DNA of 64,000 nt from a virus (taxonomy: Duplodnaviria; Caudoviricetes): positions 161,629 to 225,628 of IMG/VR virus record IMGVR_UViG_3300028804_000001. One strand, given 5' to 3'. This document shows, in pieces, positions 35,201 to 43,170 of the stretch. Each line of letters begins with the position of its first letter. Position 1 is the stretch's first letter. The translations under genes and the position numbers were made by a program. Under the pieces are notes generated by a model. The model was not told the DNA's origin and did no database searches. It saw nothing but the letters and a program-made list of their open reading frames with translations.

Positions 35201-37216
35201 TTCATTTCCATATATTACTTCAAGGTTAGTTGCCTGCTGCATTAAGTTTGTTAATACCTGTAAGTATCCATATACACAGGTATTCATTAATGATTCTAAA
35301 ATAATAAATGGAGAATATCTATAAGCAGTAGAAAGAGTTGCTGGGATATGTGGCCAAACTGCAGGAGGTGTATCAAATATAAACCATTCAAAAAGCTTCT
35401 GCCTTCTATTGGCCTCTCCTAGAACAATATTCTGAGCAACATAAGTTATCTCACTATTACTATCATATATAGGAGCTATATTAACATCTTTAAATAGAGG
35501 ATCTTTAATTAGATCAATTGGATTCCTGGCAGAGAATCTCTGCTGCATTAAAGTAATAGTCTCATTCCAGTCTGGCGTATACATCTCAGAATTCTGAGAA
35601 CCGTATTGCTTATATATCTCACTTGCCGGAATTACATCTACTACTACAGAAACATCTCCTACTTTAAGATCCTTGAATCTTTTAAGGAGTTTAGATGGAG
35701 AAACCTGATCTATGAATGGATTTCTAACACCGCTATCTGGATTAGCAGTAACAGTTAAATCGTCATCAGCTACAATAAGTTCAATACCAATAATAGGCGT
35801 TGGTGGCTTAGGAGAATACTGTAGCTTTATCTTATTAGAAAGATCATTAGTAAAGGATGGGATAGTATAGGCTCTACCTTTAGATTCTACCAGAGCCATA
35901 AAACCATTTTCATCTTTAATAGATGGTTTGGTATAATCATTAATAAGCTTTAATAATGGATTGGCATCTTCAGTTTTAGATACTACCGGGATGCCATTAT
36001 CGTCGGGCTTGTATCTAGCATTCCAATCTACCTGTAAAAGAGCCTCTTCAATCTTTCTATCTTTTGCAACAAACTGATCTGCTAGAGATGGATCATCATC
36101 AACAGACTGCGCAAACTGACTTTGAGTTTGGCGGATATGATTAATAGAAGTAAATAGACCAAAGCTATCTAGATTATAATCTTCAGTATAGTTATCAGAA
36201 CTAACGGATGGGATTAGATCTGTTATAATCGGTATGCTACTTATAAGTCTACCAAATCGTAGTCCTTTTTCCATATCATCAATCCCATCAAAACCAGAAT
36301 CTATAAGTTTCTTGATGGTTTGGTTATCATCATTCTGTACTAAGCCATAGTCTCTTACCCAGGCTTTAAATTTCTCACTCTTAAATAGTTCAACTATAGA
36401 GTTACTATCTGGAGTTTGAGCAGCTACTGCTGCAGCTAAGATCTTCTTATGGTCATTGTATCTATTAAAGAGCTTCTGAATAAGAACTGCACTAGGAATA
36501 AATATAGCGGCATTAGTAGATTGGATCTTATTGGCTTTCCCGAATACCTGATGTGTAGATGCAAAGATGGTATTTTTTAAGAATAATCTATTACCAGTAG
36601 ATCCAGCATCGATAGTATTATAAGTTACTAGCGGAGCTAATCTAAATAATAATCTGGTATCATGGTCATATACATCATTAATATTTAACTCTGGATTCGA
36701 GGATCCAGTTATAGTAGCTTCATTAGTAACATTGGCAGAAAGAAGAACATCCAGAAACATTGATGCCGCTTTTCTATTCGAGGCTAGATAATCTAAAAAC
36801 TTAAGACTGGGAATGGGACTGATAAAGGATCCCTCAAGGCCAGCATATTTATCATTAGCCGCGGTGATGCTATAATCAGAAGTAAGAATACTTCCAGAAG
36901 TTCTAACTGAGCTTCTGGGATTATTCATTGGACCATCAAAGGTCTTCTTAAACAATACTGCTAACGGCCGGCTTCCCTGTCTAAGTGTTTTACCATCTAC
37001 CTGGATCTGGTAGAAGAACATATCCTGGGATACATCTTTATGAAAAACATTCTCATCTAGATTGGTAGGAAGTTCATTTGGAAGCATCCTATCTAATAGG
37101 AAGGATGAAATGAATGGAAGATATAGATATACCCTGGCTGCATTAGAGCGTCTTCTTCTAAAGGCTATTTGTGTTAAGCCGTTGATATCATTACCGGGAC
37201 GGTCTGCGAAGCTCAC
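32249..37216 (-). CDS. 1655-aa virion/baseplate protein with C-terminal LysM-like domain
   Basis: THVVVTGDRLQDIALKY...FPGDILKV at the C-terminus (LysM with an insertion); central coiled coil; GTG start overlapping the upstream TAG. Confidence 0.6.
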   Translation of the reverse strand: MSFADRPGNDINGLTQIAFRRRRSNAARVYLYLPFISSFLLDRMLPNELPTNLDENVFHKDVSQDMFFYQIQVDGKTLRQGSRPLAVLFKKTFDGPMNNPRSSVRTSGSILTSDYSITAANDKYAGLEGSFISPIPSLKFLDYLASNRKAASMFLDVLLSANVTNEATITGSSNPELNINDVYDHDTRLLFRLAPLVTYNTIDAGSTGNRLFLKNTIFASTHQVFGKANKIQSTNAAIFIPSAVLIQKLFNRYNDHKKILAAAVAAQTPDSNSIVELFKSEKFKAWVRDYGLVQNDDNQTIKKLIDSGFDGIDDMEKGLRFGRLISSIPIITDLIPSVSSDNYTEDYNLDSFGLFTSINHIRQTQSQFAQSVDDDPSLADQFVAKDRKIEEALLQVDWNARYKPDDNGIPVVSKTEDANPLLKLINDYTKPSIKDENGFMALVESKGRAYTIPSFTNDLSNKIKLQYSPKPPTPIIGIELIVADDDLTVTANPDSGVRNPFIDQVSPSKLLKRFKDLKVGDVSVVVDVIPASEIYKQYGSQNSEMYTPDWNETITLMQQRFSARNPIDLIKDPLFKDVNIAPIYDSNSEITYVAQNIVLGEANRRQKLFEWFIFDTPPAVWPHIPATLSTAYRYSPFIILESLMNTCVYGYLQVLTNLMQQATNLEVIYGNELGLDYNSLIFDPDFSFDPSLKFQINIAIDSIKQAAQNLTDAWTTLIASTSEEIDTNSDEYSVWQLAYNDYNEAQATFESLIQQRNTAIDNAITAENERIANIIKKFDQALDSLSSILAVGFSAFNSRTQYLYDNFIEDNNKIPLLVRNYIKNFLSETKSWDQDFFRTIIKSNAIAYGITIGKSCEMLPRTLIIKDGNTIRPIVPQGLSLASLLSTLGANVTEKEERDFYINKLYDFGKDSNDGAFSALGRIANGVREFIWLHLDDTYSEDGPKNTHWDVATDRIRNLLLDHTNSLSILGQIMNSVLGSYFRKNDADFSEAVDLDKLLTKTDTNSVKDLIKSLSDALKVKFTPDKESGFTSTERTNEVARFLSRVTVKGIKETSTSADLPSAPIGSIRSHAPTGYQNYVNESALRVENNCISTTIVDYFGAVPQRFSSINKRAKPSVTQVFYGIGEDDKVNALESVSSKVEIKITKADDGFYQIEFPVIKLTRYESSNPLLPGGAPQAEFEMDGDKIVTEKINQNDLFYVVSQIIPGSEIYDTALSVGDHAYPKIAGIYKRIYNLIVAQMIGSINLVEKEVTKANPDSRFYKCSHSQVTGFTNSPVDALPKAKVAFDLNFPYIGLSGSTKMYPIVRDDIYFDEYYNNSYDYMRNNVELTDSTASLSQLYNRNLRIPLFGKGDMFEAASRESPAIYYKLLPGNLSGSKTFKEWKPLLLTEFGTEETGDVTMPLNYWLSAYIDPDMPDDKRPMDPLPIHEIYRNNYKVLKNIGKNERAALKQLADGQPLEQMTLGQFNEFLRKLEAEVSISYDDIKKTINANPYIPVAFGLIASNKQVAGLKDEPPALQDPSDTAKQDDKQVIDEAKKGANIIPVAQQDQKKDPAPSEDIITHVVVTGDRLQDIALKYTDSTWTVDPTADIYQLSQNDNVFRNPANNPLNKGTPRLKDPGGLYEYIYSATAFQGFPGDILKVRKRRKVQPDTVRTA

Positions 37217-38049
37217 TACTGTGTAGCCTCCTGTGTTAATAATTCAGTAGAGGTTATATAATCAAAAGTTGAAAAGGATCTATCATACTCTAGAAGAAAG
37301 GATATTTTAGTTTCGGCTTTAGTATCCTGATTTATTGCATATGTTGCAGATGCTACTGGATCTCTTTGATCTCTTTCAGCTTTCGAAAGATCATTACATA
37401 AACCAGTTAGAAACTCTTGATCAACTAATAAAGATCCATCTTCCCATTTCTCTTTAAGAGTTCCGTTTCCTTGCACTGCTATATTCTTAAACTCATCTTC
37501 ATTAGCACCAAATAAGACATGAGGGGTGAAGAGGAATATATAACTTTTACTGGTGCTATCTTTAAGAATATTTACCAGAGCTTTTACAAAGAGAAGAGTT
37601 TTATAGCCAGAGAAGATTCCAATAACCAGATCTCTAGAATTAGCTATAACACAATTGGCGATATCGTCAGGAGTTATAACACAGGTGCTTCCCACCAGTA
37701 TCTGAGGAACGAGCTTACCATTTATCTTTCTTGTTATGTAATGACCACCTAAATGGAACATGCGGCTATCTATAATATCTCTTAAGAATGACTTTTTAAA
37801 CTTAAGCCCAATCTCCGGAAATTCTTTATCATACTCAGATCCAGAAAGCGAAGGATATTTAGTATATCCCTGAGAGTAATCCGGAATGGAAAAATTAGCC
37901 GGATTATCTTCTTGAGTAGAGAATATCTTCTTTAATTCATACTGCTCATAAAGATTACCAACTTGCGGAATCTGTAGATCAGGAACATGAAATCCATCTT
38001 TAGGCCAGGAGTCCTGGAAGTAGATATATCTATCAAAGTAATCTGACAT
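37216..38049 (-). CDS. Hypothetical protein (277 aa), probably baseplate-associated
   Basis: Intact ORF coupled to its neighbours on both sides; no motif recognised. Confidence 0.5.
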   Translation of the reverse strand: MSDYFDRYIYFQDSWPKDGFHVPDLQIPQVGNLYEQYELKKIFSTQEDNPANFSIPDYSQGYTKYPSLSGSEYDKEFPEIGLKFKKSFLRDIIDSRMFHLGGHYITRKINGKLVPQILVGSTCVITPDDIANCVIANSRDLVIGIFSGYKTLLFVKALVNILKDSTSKSYIFLFTPHVLFGANEDEFKNIAVQGNGTLKEKWEDGSLLVDQEFLTGLCNDLSKAERDQRDPVASATYAINQDTKAETKISFLLEYDRSFSTFDYITSTELLTQEATQ

Positions 38050-39158
38050 TACTTAACACCACCAAGTGCAACCGAAGCAGTTGTCTTAGTATCCAAAACA
38101 ATTTCTAATGTGGCCACTCGAGCTATAATATTATCCCTGCTAACTCCACTGGTTCCAAACTTCTGATCAAAAGTAGCGTGCCCTTCTTTGAATATAAATC
38201 CCCATTGGTTTCTATCATCTGACTCAGGGTGAACATTATTGGTAGCGTATACTTCAAGACTATGCCCGTATGCTCCTTCCAATCCCTGTGCAGATACCAA
38301 TGATCTTGCTGCTGCAAGCATAGAATTCTTCATCATGAATGCCATAGACTTAGCTCTGCGTAACCCTAGAGCTGCATGATGAACTATAGATTGCTGTGCT
38401 GTAAAAGTTGGATTAAACCAGGGAGCAGTATTAGATGTTATTACTGTTCCCCTTGCAAGGGTATACTTTAGTAACTCTTCCATCTTCTTATTTTTATCGT
38501 CATCTGATAGTGACTTATACGTAGTATTAACAGCATCGATAATTATCTTTTTAAAAGTATCTGCAAAGAGAGTTTTAATTTTATCTATCTGACCATCTAT
38601 ACTGGGAAGATCGTTAACCTGAAACTGCGGAGGACTTAAAAGATAAGGTCTAAGAGTACCTTCAGTAATAGGAGTATTTGGAGTAGGTTGATCCCCTAAG
38701 AAATATATAGAGGCTTTTAACTGACTCTCTGTAAATGTTATCTTAGTAACATCTGGAGTATTGGGTGGTATAACTGGAGGATCATCTGGAGATCTACAGT
38801 CCTGAGTATCTATTGTATAAGTTTCAACAAGGCCGGCTTCTTTAAATTGAGTGTACGCAGATTCCTTGATCTTTGCTATTCCTGTAAATAATGCGTTTCC
38901 ATTAATAGATGGGAACATATCAAACTCTCTATTAGAGAGAGATCCAACTCCATAACCAGGAAGTAACTTCTCTCCAAAGTATGGCGAGTGGGCATCTAGA
39001 TCATTAGATCCCTTAAAGTAATTTACGATAGCAGTTCTATCAGATGATCCTGAAAACGAAGTGGGATTATCCTGCTGCGTTAAATCAACAAGTTGATCTA
39101 GAGTTACATCGCCAAGACTTTCAGTAATGGCTGATACAAAAGCAGAACTGTCGGCCAT
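38049..39158 (-). CDS. Hypothetical protein (369 aa), probably virion-associated
   Basis: Intact ORF, TAATG-coupled downstream; no motif recognised. Confidence 0.5.
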   Translation of the reverse strand: MADSSAFVSAITESLGDVTLDQLVDLTQQDNPTSFSGSSDRTAIVNYFKGSNDLDAHSPYFGEKLLPGYGVGSLSNREFDMFPSINGNALFTGIAKIKESAYTQFKEAGLVETYTIDTQDCRSPDDPPVIPPNTPDVTKITFTESQLKASIYFLGDQPTPNTPITEGTLRPYLLSPPQFQVNDLPSIDGQIDKIKTLFADTFKKIIIDAVNTTYKSLSDDDKNKKMEELLKYTLARGTVITSNTAPWFNPTFTAQQSIVHHAALGLRRAKSMAFMMKNSMLAAARSLVSAQGLEGAYGHSLEVYATNNVHPESDDRNQWGFIFKEGHATFDQKFGTSGVSRDNIIARVATLEIVLDTKTTASVALGGVK

Positions 39159-39161
39159 TTA

Positions 39162-39812
39162 TTATGCACCAACCGCATAGATCATGTAACCTTCGTTTAC
39201 TCTACCGGTTACCATCCTACCCCATCTTTCATTAAACCAGTTCTTTTCATAGCGAACTGAATCCCCATTAAGATCTCTATAATCAGTAAGAGCATTTCCA
39301 TATGGATCATGTACAATCCATGAAGTATCGGTCTCTCCAATAATAAGAACGATATGTCCAAAGGATGTAAGCTTAGTAGAAATAACAACTGGAGAACCGT
39401 TCTTTAAAGCGTTGGAAATATCCGCGGGAGTTCCCAGGTTGAGCTTACCACCAAGGTTTTCTCCAGCCTTTCCAATTACTTTTAAGTTAAGGCCGGCCGC
39501 AGCAAATCTTTCCTGAATGGCATCTCTATGAGTATATAACCAGGCACCAGTCCTACCAGTGATCCAGTTATATCTCCTCATTACCTTCTCAGCAATACCT
39601 GGTTTACCTACTAGAACCTCCGTATCATCTACATACTGAGTTTCATATTCCTTGGTATTTGCCGCGGGGATCCAATGAGATAAGAACATTACACAGGATG
39701 TATAAAAGCACTGAGCCCAGGCTTTAAGTAAGCCTCCCCATTCGAAGTTATCTCTCTGCGAGTTATACTGAATAGGAAGTAAAGATATGATTCTTTCCTG
39801 GGCTGCTGGCAT
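39162..39812 (-). CDS. C39-like (papain-fold) cysteine peptidase, endolysin/cell-wall peptidase candidate
   Basis: YNSQRDN...QCFYTS (Cys), GSPVVIS, FGHIVLIIG (His), WIVHDPYG (Asp); SD GAGGT. Confidence 0.8.
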   Translation of the reverse strand: MPAAQERIISLLPIQYNSQRDNFEWGGLLKAWAQCFYTSCVMFLSHWIPAANTKEYETQYVDDTEVLVGKPGIAEKVMRRYNWITGRTGAWLYTHRDAIQERFAAAGLNLKVIGKAGENLGGKLNLGTPADISNALKNGSPVVISTKLTSFGHIVLIIGETDTSWIVHDPYGNALTDYRDLNGDSVRYEKNWFNERWGRMVTGRVNEGYMIYAVGA

Positions 39813-39821
39813 TATTCTACC

Positions 39822-40475
39822 TCAGATAGTTATCTTAGACCTAAGTGTGCTAGTTCTATCATATCTTGCAAGGATTTTCTCGATGTAAGGAGTATTATAG
39901 AACCCAGATCCTGGACCACTATTATAGTTTTTAAGGGCTACTATTCTATTACCACCTGCAACAGTAAGACAGTACCTTAAATACTTTGTTCCTATTCGGA
40001 TATTGGTAGCTGGATCAAATAGATCATTCCTGTTACCGTTATAATGATACTCAGGAATGAGCTGCATTAAACCCAGAGCCCTAGTTTGAAATGGTCTACC
40101 TAAAGAATCTCTACCAGTTATAATTGGCCCTCTTGCAAATCTTTCTCCCTGAGATTCAGCTTGAATCACAGATAGAACGAAATGAGGATCCAGGTTATTA
40201 TCAAAGGCAGATTGAACAACTGTAGAATATAATGATCTAGTTAGCCATGGATATTCATTAACAAGAATTGAATATTCTGCATTCCTTCTAGCTTCATCTT
40301 CTCTCTGCAGCTTTAATATCTTGGCAGCCCTTATCTCAGATACTTTCTGCCAGTAGTAGATTCTAGTATGGGTAACAATCGTATCAACTGATGCTACAAG
40401 CATTAGTATAGATAAGATTAATGTCCATACCGTCAGTGTTAGTTCTCTAAGAGAATGAGCTGTGCGGTAGCCCAT
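39822..40475 (-). CDS. Lytic transglycosylase (SLT domain) with N-terminal membrane anchor
   Basis: VIQAESQG (catalytic Glu), ALGLMQL, LFDPATNIRIGTKYL, ALKNYNSG; hydrophobic LTLTVWTLILSILMLVASV. ATG at 40475 (GGTGG upstream) is preferred over the track start at 40532. Confidence 0.85.
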   Translation of the reverse strand: MGYRTAHSLRELTLTVWTLILSILMLVASVDTIVTHTRIYYWQKVSEIRAAKILKLQREDEARRNAEYSILVNEYPWLTRSLYSTVVQSAFDNNLDPHFVLSVIQAESQGERFARGPIITGRDSLGRPFQTRALGLMQLIPEYHYNGNRNDLFDPATNIRIGTKYLRYCLTVAGGNRIVALKNYNSGPGSGFYNTPYIEKILARYDRTSTLRSKITI

Positions 40476-41706
40476 TGTATGTAACCACCACTGTAGTTTG
40501 GTCATCGTTATTGTCAGCATTCGACGCTCCATCTGTTAAAATAGAAAGGTAGTCTCCAGCATTAAGCTTAAGAATACCATTCTCATGGGGTTCATAATTT
40601 GGGTCTTTTCCTAGTAACTTACCTGTAGTTGGAATATCGACCTCAACCCCATTTCTTGTCACAGAAAATTTATCCAGAAACCCGTTATAAATAACGGTTC
40701 CATCTGGTCGCAATCTTAAACAGATCGCTAATGTTTCTCCTCCGTTATCCTTTTCAATATCTAAAAGAACTCTATTTAATATCATAAGGATCTTTTTTGG
40801 ATCTCTACTTTCAACTGCATTAAAGGCGGACATGCAAACTGTTGCACCCTGGCTAACATTAATACCATGTGATACTACATCACCAATTAAAACCAGGATA
40901 TCTTTACCGTGGTTTTTTACCTTAACGAAGTCAGCACCTACATACTTCTCAGCGAAGGTTGCTTTAGAATGGATTCTATAACTAGAGAAATCGTAAGAAG
41001 AGTTGCCATCAAATAAATTAGAATAAGCCCCCGATATAATTCTGGGGATCCAGATATTCCTCATATCTTGATCTAGAGCGTCAATCTCTTTTGCTTTATA
41101 GGATAATACCCAACCACATATAGCCAAATAGACTGAGAACCATATCATTTCCTCAGTATTAACAAAATGTAGTGCTGTTGGATCTAAATGGAATATCTTA
41201 TAATTATTATATACTGCTAACGATAATAATAAATGTGATATAGCAACTAACACGCAGGCAGATATAACCTGCCAATAATCACCATGCAGAGATATAAGAA
41301 TTAGTATTAATACGAAGAGAATATTCTCAGCGCCAAAGAATATAAGATAAGATCCCGCAGGATTGGCAATACACACAGATGCAGATAATAATATAATTTC
41401 AAGTATAGGAATTATATAGCCGGCTAATAATCTATAGCGCCTTGATATGTGAAAGAGCCTTTTAGCAATAATGTTAATAACTAGATATATTAAACCAGCA
41501 CCATATAATAATAAATAATCTAATAGTGGTGGTTTATTAATAACTTCAGTTATTGCTATTATTAATAGAAATAGCCCGCTTATTATTAAGCGTATTGTTT
41601 GGACTATTCTAAAGTTTCTTTCTCTAGCCGCGGCAAATGCGGACTCAATTTGCCTTGCGAGTGGCAACAATAAGTAGTTCCTTGGAGTTTTTCTCCTGAG
41701 ATACAT
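40447..41706 (-). CDS. Membrane-bound PP2C/SpoIIE-family Ser/Thr phosphatase
   Basis: About six N-terminal TM helices, then VGADFV, LIGDVVSHG, ILTDG and DDQT, which retain the metal-binding Asp residues. True start may be the TTG at 41670 or 41667. Confidence 0.85.
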   Translation of the reverse strand: MYLRRKTPRNYLLLPLARQIESAFAAARERNFRIVQTIRLIISGLFLLIIAITEVINKPPLLDYLLLYGAGLIYLVINIIAKRLFHISRRYRLLAGYIIPILEIILLSASVCIANPAGSYLIFFGAENILFVLILILISLHGDYWQVISACVLVAISHLLLSLAVYNNYKIFHLDPTALHFVNTEEMIWFSVYLAICGWVLSYKAKEIDALDQDMRNIWIPRIISGAYSNLFDGNSSYDFSSYRIHSKATFAEKYVGADFVKVKNHGKDILVLIGDVVSHGINVSQGATVCMSAFNAVESRDPKKILMILNRVLLDIEKDNGGETLAICLRLRPDGTVIYNGFLDKFSVTRNGVEVDIPTTGKLLGKDPNYEPHENGILKLNAGDYLSILTDGASNADNNDDQTTVVVTYNGLPHSSFS

Positions 41707-42061
41707 TAATATTCCAACCTGCGCTGAGCATAGTTAGAAATCCTCTTCCGCCTAATTTTCTAGAGGGATCTGGTTTAACTTTACCATGTTTGTTTGTTTT
41801 TAACATATCTCGAGCTTTCTGTAAGTAATGATACAGTTCACCTACTTTCTCTTCGTTTATACCCTTCTCAACAACATTAACTACTTCAACTCCATTAACA
41901 AGGATGCGGCCCTTTCCTTTGGCACTAACCATGTTTTCTGCTAACTCTAATGCAATATATCTTTTATCTTCGGGAAAACCCTCGGCACACATAGTAGATT
42001 GCATACTACGAATATCTTTCCTATTTTTTATTGGAAAGGTTTCATACTTTTGATGTGCCAT
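41645..42061 (-). CDS. Small GHKL/HATPase-fold protein kinase (RsbW/SpoIIAB- or SiaB-like)
   Basis: N-box ALELAENM and G-box GGRGFLTM; about 138 aa; overlaps the PP2C gene. ATG at 42061 (GGA upstream) is preferred over TTG at 42073. Confidence 0.65.
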   Translation of the reverse strand: MAHQKYETFPIKNRKDIRSMQSTMCAEGFPEDKRYIALELAENMVSAKGKGRILVNGVEVVNVVEKGINEEKVGELYHYLQKARDMLKTNKHGKVKPDPSRKLGGRGFLTMLSAGWNINVSQEKNSKELLIVATRKAN

Positions 42062-42079
42062 ATCTATATCCAATTTTTA

Positions 42080-42445
42080 TTAATTGTGTGCCAGTATTAG
42101 CACATCTAATACTGCAGAACTACCACTAGAATTAGAAATATAAATCTCAGAAATATCAATAGGTGCTGATCCATATAAATCAGCAAAGTTTATATATGCT
42201 GTTGCTCCAGATGCATTTCTTAATAAAAAAGGATCATTAGATCCACTATTGAATTTAATAGTAATATCTGTATTAAATCCAATAGTAAGATCAACCATCT
42301 TCTGGTTAAACCCAAGAATACCTGGAAGTTTATCGCCAAATATAGACTGAAGCAAAGGGATATCAGACTGCCCATTTATAATAGTATAAGTTCCGGCTCT
42401 ATATGGAACCTTGGGAGCAGATTTATCGTGGTTAATTAAACTCAT
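42080..42445 (-). CDS. Small beta-rich hypothetical protein, probably virion-associated
   Basis: 121 aa with alternating beta-strand pattern (ITIKFNSGSNDP...ISEIYISNSSGSSAVLDVLIL). Confidence 0.5.
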   Translation of the reverse strand: MSLINHDKSAPKVPYRAGTYTIINGQSDIPLLQSIFGDKLPGILGFNQKMVDLTIGFNTDITIKFNSGSNDPFLLRNASGATAYINFADLYGSAPIDISEIYISNSSGSSAVLDVLILAHN

Positions 42446-42447
42446 AG

Positions 42448-43170
42448 TTATGCCTGTGTATCATCAGATGAAAGACATCTAAGTTTTACTACTGCTTTAG
42501 TACCAGTCTGAACACCATTTGGCATGGTTACTTCTATCTTTGCATTGCAACAGTTTCTAATAATAATTGGCGTTGGGTAAATCCATAGAAGTCTTTTATG
42601 ATCTGAGAATTCTCTATATTCGTCACAACCGTAAATGTAATCCCAGAGAGTTAAATACTTACGATCAAAATTCTTATTACCTAGCTGACCACAATTAGTT
42701 CCAATAAAGTGAAGCTCTTTATCCATTGGACAATCATTAGTTATAATTAACATTGTTCCATAGATTTCTAACTTCTTTCCAGTAGTAGCAGTCCATCTAA
42801 CATCATCTGGAATAACCAGTCCACTATTGGTTAGAGTTCCAGCTAATCCAGTATTAGAATCTGTCGGCCGTGCAATCCATGTGCTGGATGAATCGATATC
42901 AGGTGAGATAGCTACCTTCTGTGTTCCATCAGAAACAAACCCAGCAGGATAGATAGTAAGACCAGAATGAGATAATACTATAGCATCTAGGAGAGTCTTA
43001 TCAGTATTACCTAGATCTGCTTTAAAAGTGATCGTTAAAACATCTCCCCCAGAAGAAATAGAATCTAATGCTACTGTAATAGCAGAAGCTCTAATATCTT
43101 TTGTAAGCCGGTCAGTATTTAACTTTCCAGAAGCTATATCGGTAGAAATTGAATATGTACAAGGATTCAT
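42448..43170 (-). CDS. Hypothetical virion/fibre-associated protein (240 aa)
   Basis: TAATG-coupled to the fibre gene; beta-rich. Confidence 0.5.
   Translation of the reverse strand: MNPCTYSISTDIASGKLNTDRLTKDIRASAITVALDSISSGGDVLTITFKADLGNTDKTLLDAIVLSHSGLTIYPAGFVSDGTQKVAISPDIDSSSTWIARPTDSNTGLAGTLTNSGLVIPDDVRWTATTGKKLEIYGTMLIITNDCPMDKELHFIGTNCGQLGNKNFDRKYLTLWDYIYGCDEYREFSDHKRLLWIYPTPIIIRNCCNAKIEVTMPNGVQTGTKAVVKLRCLSSDDTQA

Noticed and set aside
42080-42445. Possible SiaC/STAS-like substrate for the adjacent kinase (superficial KSAPKV...AG...G.S and FNT similarity)
   Set aside because: The NTSS phospho-motif and the following helices are absent, and the C-terminal half looks like an all-beta virion domain. 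Worth one HHpred run but not supported.
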